The notes beneath the pieces were generated by a model. That model searched no databases. It was not told the origin of the DNA and saw nothing but the letters and a program-made list of their open reading frames with translations. A stretch of 63,176 nucleotides of DNA, counting the filler, from Conidiobolus incongruus B7586 (Eukaryota), in the NCBI GenBank assembly GCA_000697335.1. It is 6 parts of 6 records of this genome, joined end to end, with 100 filler letters (N's around TTAATTAATTAA, not from the genome) between each part and the next. Parts side by side here need not be neighbours in the genome. Positions count along the whole stretch, not along the records: positions 32,031 to 45,215 come from JNEM01006282.1; positions 45,316 to 51,387 come from JNEM01006285.1; positions 51,488 to 59,072 come from JNEM01006292.1; 3 more parts are not named here. The stretch is one strand, 5' to 3'. Shown here piece by piece: positions 40,699 to 51,788 of the stretch. Position 1 is the stretch's first letter; each line of letters begins with the position of its first letter. The position numbers and the translations under genes were made by a program.

Positions 40699-41481
40699 AT
40701 GACTTCTTTCAATCAAATTCTTTTCTTGATCGCTGCTACTGCTGCTATTGCTCCTATTAGAAATGCTGATCTTCCAGTGGCTGAATCGGTTACAAATGCT
40801 GCAAGCCCAGTTGTCGAACAGGTTTCCAAGGCAGGAGAACCCGTATCTAAGTTAGTTGCTAGTGGTATGAATGCCGTTAACCCTGAAAAACCTGAAACTG
40901 TTACTAATACTCCCAAGGCTCAATCTGAATTTCCTGAACAAACTGTAGCAGAAACTGATCCCAAAACTCGTCGTCAATGGCATGGTTATGGAAACGGCTA
41001 CTACCGTCGCAGCTTGAATATTGATGCTCCTACCGAAGTTAAATCATCCGAATCTGACAAGGTTCGTCGTCAGTGGTATGGTAATAGTTACTACCGTCGC
41101 AGTATTAATGCGGATACTCCAACCAAAACTGAAGCTACCCTTTCTCCACTTAAAGCCAAAGCAGAATTGTCTAGCGATTCCAAAGTTGAAGCCAATGCTA
41201 AGGCTCGTCGTCAATGGTATGGTAATAACTACTACCGTCGTAGTGTCAATGTCGATGTTCCATCTAAATCCAATGCTGCTGTTTCTCCTCCCAAAACTAA
41301 GGCAGAATCGTTAACCGAAGCCAAAACTGAAACTGATGCTAAGGCTCGTCGACAATGGTATGGTAATGGTTACTATCGTCGTAGTATCAATGCTGATAAT
41401 CCAGCTAAATCCGATGATACCGTTGCTCCACCTAAAGCCAAGGCTGAATCCTCTATCGATATCAAAGCTAAATCTGCATGA
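40699..41481 (+). CDS. Secreted Kex2-processed peptide precursor 4 (cores QWHGYGNGYY, QWYGNSYY, QWYGNNYY, QWYGNGYY)
   Basis: Signal peptide; four K(T/V/A)RR-core-RRS units with repeated spacers. Confidence 0.9.
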   Translation: MTSFNQILFLIAATAAIAPIRNADLPVAESVTNAASPVVEQVSKAGEPVSKLVASGMNAVNPEKPETVTNTPKAQSEFPEQTVAETDPKTRRQWHGYGNGYYRRSLNIDAPTEVKSSESDKVRRQWYGNSYYRRSINADTPTKTEATLSPLKAKAELSSDSKVEANAKARRQWYGNNYYRRSVNVDVPSKSNAAVSPPKTKAESLTEAKTETDAKARRQWYGNGYYRRSINADNPAKSDDTVAPPKAKAESSIDIKAKSA

Positions 41482-43504
41482 AATGTTTGTCCCAAAGGTT
41501 TGTTACTAAATACTGTAATAGCCAAACCAATAAGATTGCCAATTTTAGAATATATTCGTAGCATCAATATTTACTATCATATATTTTAAACACTCCAATA
41601 AATTTTATATTGAAGTCTATTTAATCATTTATAATATACACTAACTTTGATTAATTAAGGTAAAATTTTATATTGTTACGGAATATTTTTTATTATGCTT
41701 TTTATTGGTTACTATAAATTTCACATTTATGATATTCAACTCTTGAAAATATTAACCAATTTATATTACATCAAAATAAAACTGTATTATATTTAATATT
41801 AGGAAACTCCAAAACTTGGATTTATTTTCAATACAATATAGTAGGAAAATAATTATTTCAGTATTCTATAAAATATTTTGATGATTCATATTAATTGAAA
41901 TTAAAAGTTATCAATGTTTGATTATTAATTTCAACTTATATTTTATAACCTTATAGGTGAAAATTATCATGGATAGCATATATATTATCAAAATGCGATT
42001 TATCTTATTTTTGATATAATATACTTATTCCTTTATTTTATATACATAATACTTTATACTATTTTTTTTCTTAATTTTATAAATTTTTATTTATATCTTA
42101 ATTATTGTTTATTATATAAAAATATTTTTAATTTATAATATAACAAATATATTGAGTAGTATATTAATATTTTTATTATAAGTTTAAATATAAAAGATAT
42201 AACTTAATAACAATATCATAATTTAAAATATTTTAATATTGAATATTTAAAATTAAAACTATTAAAAATATTTTTGTAATTATACAGGATTTGAAAATTT
42301 AAAAAATTCAATATTAATTTTAAATAATTTATTATATAAATAACTCTTTAATAAATAGTATATATAATAGATAAGTCTTGGATTAACAAAAAATTGTTAT
42401 TAATAAAATTTATATATATATATTTATTATTATACATGATTGGTTAGAATAGCTTTTTTATTTATATAATTAATAAAATTATATTCAAATATTCAAATTA
42501 TATTATAGTTAATTATAATAGAAATATTAATATTTATTATTTTTTCTAACTTTTTTTATTAATTACTTTAATTCAGTATCTATATAATATATTTTAATTA
42601 TATGATTTAGGAAACTTAATTATCGATTTTTGATTAAATATAATATTCATAAAGGTATATATATATCAAAATTAATCAAGTAATAAATATTGATTTTCTA
42701 ATAACAATATATAATCGAAATATTAATTTTTTGGTAAAATGATATATAAACTCATAATGTAATGTCATTCTGTAACATTGAATATAATCTTTTATTTATA
42801 ATAATGGATATTGATATTAAATTATTTATTATAATTGCTTAATACTGAAAATTCTCATTTTTGGAAATTATACATAGTTAAAAATTTCTTATATCTAATT
42901 TACTAAGAAAATTTAATAATTTCACTAATTAACTTTATAATTATATTTATTATTTAAAAAAATATCCAAAATTTCTATTAAATAAAATTTATAGCATAAA
43001 TATATTTCAAATTTTGAATTATTTAAATAGATTAACTTAATTTAGAATTAACAATAATATTCTTGAAAGCAAAATATATTTTGTTATAATACAACTCTAT
43101 ATATGATCTTTTAAAATAGATAAATTATATTGCTTTGTGTTTTAAGATTATTAATATTATTATATTTTTGATATAATAATCATGCTCTTATAATAATCAT
43201 AGTTAAAAAACATAGTTGATATTAAATAACTAATAAAAATATTTAAATTTTTTTAATAAATAATAATTAATATGGTTAGAATTAAAATTTATAATTTTTA
43301 TCCAATAATAAGTATGAGTCAATATTCCAAATTATAAATTAATTTTAATATTATCAATTTAATATATATTGATGGAATTTATTAAAATCCAAAAAAGCTT
43401 AATATATCAGTCTTTAATATTTATATACTAATAAGATTTATATAGAAAACTTAACAAAAAATTAAAATTTGCAAGGTAAATAGATAATAAAAACTATATT
43501 ATTA

Positions 43505-44824
43505 TTAGTATGGAAATTAAGAAATGGTAAATTTTTTAATTTCCAATCTTTCAAACATATTATACGTTTTGAAAGATTATATATATATATAATATATAGG
43601 AAAATAAATATTTTCAAACTAAATATATATATTCAATTTTAATTATTTTTTTTATTAAAATATTTTGATTTTAAAATTTACACTTAAATTTAATCATGCT
43701 TAAACTAGATTGTGATTATCAAAAGGCTTTTATTTTTGTATCTTTAAAACTTAACCATAAATTCTCTAAAATCATCCAAAACTTGTAAACAGCTTATGGA
43801 GATGGTGCTTTATCTAAAACTACCATATATCACTAGATTTGTGATTTTAAAGCTGGAAGGGACACTATTCAAAATTTACCAAAATCTAAAAGACTAATTT
43901 CTATTGTTATTCTTTTACTTACCAATAGAGTAAAAAAATATATTAAGAAATACCTTTTTATTTCTGTTAGAGAACTATCAAAGCAATTTAATACTAATTA
44001 TACAAGCATGTTATATTTACTTAAGTTTAAACTTGGATTAATTAATAAAAATGCAAAATAGATACCTTATAATTTAACAGAAACCCAAAAGAAAACTAGA
44101 GTAGCTATAGCTAAACTAAACTTATTAAGGTATAACTAAAAACAATGGTTTTTACAGCAAATACTTGCAATTAATGAATCTTGGATTCCTTTATATAATC
44201 CTTTACTTAAAAATAAAACAAGATGTTGGGTTAAGCTAAATCAATCCCCTCCACAAATTCCAATGAATAAGCACTTTAAATATAAGTGAATGTTAATTGT
44301 TGTAATGGATTATAATGGTATATAGTCTTCTTATTTAATACTTCAATGAAAATCAATCAATAGTAAGTTATATATTACTTTTTTAAATAAAACAATTTCT
44401 AAATGGTGTTCTCAATATAAATTAAAGACACCTATTATTTTGCATGATAATTGCAAAATACATAAAGCTAAAGCTGTAAAAGATTTTTTATATAAAAAAA
44501 ATTAGAGGGAGTTACCACATCCAGTATATTCACTTGATTATAATCCATGTGATTATAATTGTTTTGGACAATTAAAAAAACAGCTTACAGGAAAAAAAAT
44601 TCCTGCAAACAAATTAAATTGGTTTGTGAAACATCAAATTTCAGTCCTTAATAAAAAGAACTGTTTTTTAGGTATTAGAAGCTTACCAAAGGTATGGAAA
44701 AGAGTTATTAATAATAAAAGAGGCTATTAATTTTATATTATTCATTAATTTTTATATATTATTTATTAATTTATTTGTTTAATTTTAATTTTAAAATTGT
44801 GCCATTACTTAATTTCTGCACTAA
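43505..44824 (+). mobile_element. Full-length (1320 bp) DD34D mariner transposon; transposase frame 43696-44730 inactivated by nonsense transitions
   Basis: TA target duplications at 43503-04 and 44825-26; imperfect TIRs ttagtatggaaattaagaaatggtaaatttt / aaaattgtgccattacttaatttctgcactaa; motifs AYGDGALSKTTIYH*ICDFKAGR, *IPYNL, INESW, LHDNCKIH, PHPVYSLDYNPCDY with 34 residues between the 2nd and 3rd D. Confidence 0.92.
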
Positions 44825-45215
44825 TATTTCAAATGGTTAAACAATATTAATTATTATAATAATATTAGAAAATATTAATACGATAATTATATTAATTAGT
44901 TATATAATTAAAAATTTAAATGCAAGTTTATTTTAACTCATTTATACTTAATATACTGAATTTCAATGAAAATATTAATATCAGAATATTGTTATCATAG
45001 ATATGCAATTTTGCTTAATTTTTTAAATCAAATCGCTTTAAATAATAACTTACATCATATTTTTTATTTCCTTGAAAATTTAATTTTTTTAATATTATTA
45101 AGGGCATTAAGATTGAAAAAATAAAGAATTTTATATAAATATTATGAATATTAATTTATATAACATAATAACAATATTTATATAATAATATTTTGAAAAC
45201 TTTTATATATTAGTA

Positions 45216-45315
45216 NNNNNNNNNNNNNNNNNNNNNNNNNNNNNNNNNNNNNNNNNNNNTTAATTAATTAANNNNNNNNNNNNNNNNNNNNNNNNNNNNN
45301 NNNNNNNNNNNNNNN
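45216..45315. other. Artificial contig linker / assembly gap
   Basis: N44-TTAATTAATTAA-N44. Confidence 0.95.
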
Positions 45316-46904
45316 TCAGAGCTTAAATATAATTTTACATAGAAAAATGATATGGCTGATAAATAATGGTAAAACATGTATAATCCACTTTCTGGATTAC
45401 ATTGTGAAATGTTATAGATGCTTTTCGCTGCTTTCATAGCTCTTAAAGTGTGATAATCAACCATATTGGTGACAGGGTCAAATTCGGGTGGTTGTTGAGT
45501 ATGAACCAGGAGAGTCCATTGATGGTACATACAAGTAAAGATCCAAACATATTTTTGAATGATAGGTAAATGGTGTGGAGAGGGGTAGCGTAAGTATAAA
45601 TACAAGAACTCATTACAACTATTAACTAAGCAAAAGTCAAATAGTTTGCCTAAAAAATGACAGCATCTTTGAAGTTGGTCTGAATCAAGGTTACTACTAT
45701 TCAGCTCATTTTTCAAAGTAAAAACTGACATATGATTAGTAGCAGGCATCCAATAACGATCATAAACGTTTCGGAGTAAGCACAGACATTCCGCTTCTAA
45801 TATTTCTTGCTCGTCTGTTGTTCCTTCAGTAGTTTGAAATTTTGGATCCAACTTTGAAATGATTGGCATCATGAAGATATAGAAGGGTGGTAAAGTTAAA
45901 GTGCCTGAAACATGCTGGTCATGGCTCAAGGCCATACTTCGTATACACCGCCTCTCGTTCTGGTATATATCCTTTAACCCTTTTATATCTAAATGGATTC
46001 CCAGGATAGAGGACATTTGGCATGCCTGATAAAAGTATCGTAGCGACTGCTTTGATAATCCTCTAAGAAAAATAGCGTATGAAAAGATAAAAAGAGCTTG
46101 GCAAGTTTGTATTGAAGCTTTGAAAAAGTTCTTTTTCAATTGAATTCTGGCCAAGTGTTCGAGATATGTTAATAACTCCTTGTTTTGATGGCTATTGTAT
46201 TGATATCCTACAAATAACAGAACCGAAAGTAATACCGGCTCGACATGATTAATCCTCTGATAAAATAGCTGTTTACCAAAATAAGTAATCCAATGATGAA
46301 AGTATTTAAAATAATTATCTAATGTCTGCTGTTTAAAATTTGGATGATATAGCTCCTTTATCCATGCGTTGTCCATTCTAAAATGAGCTTTTGTTAATCC
46401 ACCAAACATACCTAGCTTAATCTGGTCAAAAAACCACCCCACTTCCCTTCCAATATTTGGATTAACATCGATGATTTGACCATATAACATAAGCATAAGA
46501 TGAGATTGGAATCGGATTACTGGGTCACTTTTCTGTGTAGGTTTATTGAATATTCCATTAGATACTATTGGGAAAATTTCAGAAAAAATATTTAAATGGT
46601 AGTACTTATCAACAACCGATTCACTTAATGTATTATTATCATCAAATTGATATTTTATCAACTTTCTTTGTCCAATTTGACCCAAAACAACTTTTCCCGT
46701 ATTCTCAAACTGCTTGCTTTTACGTCTTTTATAACTACCTTTACGATAGCTACACGAGGTATTAGCTTTCAAGCATCTTATACACTCAGGCAGTTCTCTT
46801 CCACATCGAACTTTTTGCATGCGACATCTATCACAAGACATTTTACTTTCTTGAAGAGTATTAGAAGTTGCTCTATGAATTGTAGATATGTTGTTACGAA
46901 TCAT
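45316..46904 (-). CDS. Zn(II)2Cys6 (GAL4-type) transcription factor, 3' end lost in gap
   Basis: CDRCRMQKVRCGRELPECIRCLKANTSC binuclear cluster; middle-homology-like region (YFKYFHHW..., QALFIFS..., ACQMSSILGIH...ERRC). Confidence 0.9.
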
Positions 46905-49236
46905 AATGTATTGGCAAATGATTTAAACTTTGCAAACATTGAAATACCAAACTTATTTATAATTAAAATTCTAATTAAAATCAGAACGATTGATATGATT
47001 GGATCACTTTTTGATAAAGTTTTTACCATTTTGCAGTTTACTCCATATGAAATCAAATAGTTGCATCTAGATTATGCTTTGTGGAGTTCAATTATTCTAT
47101 TAAATCTATTTATTTGCTTAAAATCTTTCATATTTTGAAAATGAACCTATTAATCTAGCTTTATCTGCCTTAACCTCTCTATTAGTGAATTTATTCTGTT
47201 ATTATTTAAATATAGAGTCGCATAGTTAGAACATTATTATTAACCTATATTGAAGTCGATATACATAGCAAAGATCAATATAATCAAATTAGTTTACATC
47301 GGTCATTTTGCAGAATTATGCATACCTTGAAAAGGCGTAATGTGGCTTATTGAGCTTCAAGTGTGGTGTTTCTTTAAGTCCCTTCAAAATCTATATCATG
47401 TGAGGTGCATTTTTATAAAAATTTGCAGAACTTCAACTCTATCAAATTATCTACTCTTTACAAATTCCTTCTTTCACTTATAATATTCTCTCTGCCGATA
47501 TATATTATTCTTAATTACATATTAATTTCGGATGTCTAGTTTATTTTATGCCAAGCTAATAGCCATTATTCTTTTGAAATAATACTTTAGATTTGAAATT
47601 CATGTGAAACAAAAAAAATGTACTCTGATTAGATTAGTGGTTATCAGTTATTGACAATATAAAAATTTATAGCTCATACTATTAATTAAAATCTTTTAAT
47701 TTATTATACATTAGTTATCTTACTTTTTACATAAGAAATCTGTCGTCTAATAAATTTTAAATTTTGTTAATATCAATTTTCAAAAAATAATTTATATTAT
47801 AGAATTTTGGGAATTATCAAAAATTAATTTTATTAATTTTTTTCATAATTTAAATGGAACTATATTAATAAATATTCAATATTGGAAATCTTATAACAAA
47901 AGTATTGTTGATATCATTTATTGTGGGCAAATATTTAATAATTAATCATTGGAATCGAATATACAAAATCATAATTTACATTTAATTCTAGTAGTTCAAG
48001 CAAATTATTTCAATTTATTCAACATTTTTATTTAATTAAACCTCCGATTTCTTCCAAAATAAAAATTATCATGAAAATGATATTGTATATTTTAAATAAT
48101 AGGTAATTCCCGAAAAATATCTATATATGGAAATCTTTTAAACTTGGCCTTTTGCTTAATTGACATTGAAAAGAATTAATATGTAAATATATATTTGATT
48201 ATATTTTCAAACTTTTTTCACTATCTATAATATATAATATATAATAGAAAATTGATAAAATCTATTATCTTACTTATTTCAATAACACCCTCTTAAAGAA
48301 TAGAAACACATATGTTATAAATTTTGATAAAATTTTCTTAATTTATAATTATTCTCAAAATAACGAGATAGTGATTTTAATAACTTATTTCAAATTTAGT
48401 TTTTTACTGCTAAATATTATATGAATATATTAGGAGAGTTGATATTAAGCTTGACATGCTATTTCATTTAAATTATATCTACTTAATTAGTTTAAAATAT
48501 TACCAAAAATATTTAATAATCTAATTTGTTTAAATTAACACTAATTGATTAATAATCATTATTCCTCCGAATTTTCTTTTATAATTCTGCTTATTCCTTA
48601 AAATGAAATAATGATTATTTAATATATAGATAGCATTAAAGTTATGATTAAGTACTTGCATCATATACTATTTAATATCAATTACCGCCTTTAATTATTA
48701 AATTTGATTAAATGGAAATATTTTTTGATCTACTAATTGTTATTGATATATTTGTTTTATAGCTTTATAAAATATTTTGAAAAGCTAGTATTTTGATTAA
48801 TTAATATACCCTTAAATATTTATATATAATTAATACTGTTTTACCATGTTTTTTTCAGCGCAATGTATGAATAAATCTAATCAATTTATTCTAGATTAAA
48901 ATTTATAAATAATTGATTTTTACAACGATTTATAAAATTATTACTATAAGATATGTTGTGTTTTATATTAAGTTTTATAAATAAAGATGGTAGTTAGAAA
49001 AGTACTCAAAATATGATTTAGTAAATTATTTATTAATCCTGCTCTTTAACGTATCGGGACTGTAGGTTTAAATAATTGAATCAATGAATGATATGGGATT
49101 TGGATAAAATCTAATAAAGAAAATAAAGAGAACAAAGAGTATCCTTCAATTATAGACTGACAAAGCCAGCTTAAAATAGAAATAATATTGGTTTAGCTAT
49201 CAAACTGGAAGAGATGATTAATTTTGAAATACAACA

Positions 49237-49237
<1 letters not shown>

Positions 49238-49274
<37 letters not shown>
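49238..49274. repeat. (TA)n microsatellite
   Basis: Uninterrupted TA run of about 18 units. Confidence 0.85.
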
Positions 49275-49277
<3 letters not shown>

Positions 49278-49823
49278 CAATTTTTATTCTTGATTCATTT
49301 ATAAATCATACAATATTACAAAATTGATAGCTGTTACATTATAATACTTAAAATTGAAACAAACTAATAGCTAAATGGCATTTTTCAATAATACCAAGAG
49401 TACCAAATTCAATAAAACTCCAAAATACATTGATATAATGGTGTAATATATTAAAGTGATAAAAGCATTTAATATAAAGAATCTTGATTATAAGGCAGAT
49501 TCAAGAAAAAGTGTTTGCATTATTCTAATACAAATATTTTACTATAGTTTAAATTTGGACATAAGTTCTTTGGTATAAATATTTCATTATTATTATTATA
49601 TAAATTAAATAATAACAATATTTTAGAATAATATATAAATTAAATTTTAATATATTATTTATAAATATCAATATATAATATAACGTAGCTATTTTTTATT
49701 ATTAATACTTTCTTCCATATATTTAATAAGCATTTAATACCTAAAAAATAATTTCTTTAATAAAAACTCAAATTTGATATTTTTAAATTAATATAATATA
49801 ATTATACGAATTTCTTTTCCTAA

Positions 49824-50957
49824 TACAATGGATTTGAAAAAAAATGGGACATTTTTTAATTTTTAATTTCTCAAATATATTTTTAATTGCAAATAATAAA
49901 ATATATACAAAATATATAGGAAAATATAGAGCTTTGAATTATAAATAATAATTTTTTTTAATTAAAAAATTAATTTTTTTAAAATTTATTATTTAATATA
50001 TTTATGTTGAGACCAAAAAATAATTAATAAAAGACTTTTGTTTTTAATATCAATAAAACTTTAACTTTAATCTATTAAAATTATTTAAAATTTATATATA
50101 GCTTTTGTTGATAATATATTATTTAACTTTATTATTTATTAATAGGTGAATTATTTTGAAGTTTAAAAACTATCTAAAATTTATTAAAATCTAAAAAATC
50201 AATTTTAGATATTAATTTTTTAATTATTAATAAATTGAAAAAATATATTGAAAATATCCTTTTGTTTTAGCTAAAAAATTTTCATAACACTTAAATATTA
50301 GTCAAAAAATAGTTTATATATTAAAACTTAAACTTATATTAATTAATAAAAATATAAATTAGGTATTTTATAATTTATTTAATTTTTAAATAAATTAATA
50401 CATATATTATTAAACAAAAATAAGTAAAATATAATTAAAAACCAAGGCTTTTGTAAAAAATAATTATTATTGATTATTTTTAGGTTTTTTTTATATATTC
50501 CTTTATCAGATCATATTTCAAGATATAAAATTAAATAAAATCTATCCTTTACAAATATTATATTATATAATTTTAATATTTATTAATTAATATTAAACTT
50601 TAAAATACTTTTTTCAATTAATATTTTTAATAAAATTTAAAAAACATAATTATAAATAATATCTATTAAATATATAAAATTAAAATTAATAGAAATTTTT
50701 TAATTAAATATAATTGGAAAAATTATTATATCTAATATATCTCTAAAAATATAATTTATATAATTATAATTATAAAATGTAATTAAAAAACTAGCTTGCT
50801 AAAATAAGAATATTTTCAAAATGTTAATTAATTTGTAAAATTTTAATTTTTAATTTTTAATTTATAGATTGTTTTTTAGATATTAAAAGTTTATAAAAAT
50901 ATAATAATATATTATTAATAATAAATAAAAAAATTATTTTTATATTATATATTAATA
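49824..50957 (+). mobile_element. Highly decayed mariner copy, interrupted near its 3' end
   Basis: Colinear with the 43.5-kb copy (aaaatgggacattttttaat; atgttgagacc start; attatatctaatatatctctaaaatataatttatataattataatt; aattaaaaaactagctt). No 3' TIR is seen before 50958. Confidence 0.75.
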
Positions 50958-51387
50958 TGTAAGCACAACGAAACAATACTAATATAATGCAAAAAAAGAC
51001 TTAATATAAAAGTAACGTGACACGGAACGTGGTAATATAGCGTGGAAATATAAACAAAGTTTAATTAAGCTTCGAACACGGATGAGTCACTGATATATTA
51101 GGATTTATATTAGGTAGTGTCAATATACTATAATATTGACATAAAATAGTCTTACTTTTGGAAATAATAGAAAAAATAATAAATAATAAGAATTGAGAGA
51201 AAAAGAAAAACCTAGTTTATTAAATAATTTAATATTATTTATATTATTAATTTAATTATAAAATTATCAATTAATTATATAATTTATAATAAATTGAACT
51301 ATATAAAAATATATATATATAAGTTTAAAGAACTAGTCTTTTAACATAATATTTATATATTATTTATTATAATCTTAATTTTTTTAA
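50958..51387 (+). mobile_element. Probable LTR start (TGTAAGCAC...) inserted into the mariner; runs into gap
   Basis: Abrupt switch to CpG-containing sequence beginning TGTAAG, the same terminal hexamer as the Gypsy LTR at 57378. Confidence 0.45.
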
Positions 51388-51487
51388 NNNNNNNNNNNNN
51401 NNNNNNNNNNNNNNNNNNNNNNNNNNNNNNNTTAATTAATTAANNNNNNNNNNNNNNNNNNNNNNNNNNNNNNNNNNNNNNNNNNNN
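51388..51487. other. Artificial contig linker / assembly gap
   Basis: N44-TTAATTAATTAA-N44. Confidence 0.95.
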
Positions 51488-51788
51488 TATAATAACAATA
51501 ATAAAACTACTAAAAACCTATTAGAAATTAATAATTACCTAAATTAAATTTATTTATTATTATTTTAAATTATATTTATAATTTATTTTATTTTAATTTA
51601 ATATTATATATTATAATATTATTAAAAAAAAGATACCTTTATACTATTTTAATAATAATAATAATAATTTAATTACTTAGTAAATCTAAAACTTTAATTT
51701 TTAAAAATTTATTACCTTTTAAAAAGCTTATATCAAACAACTTTTGGTTAAGAAAAATATAACTTAAAAAGCTTAAATTTAATAAACT

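Noticed and set aside
40960..41390. Regularly recurring cgtcgtcaatggtatggtaat repeats resembling a CRISPR-like array
   Set aside because: Eukaryotic context; the repeats are in-frame coding units of the peptide precursor, the spacers are mutually homologous, and there are no cas genes.
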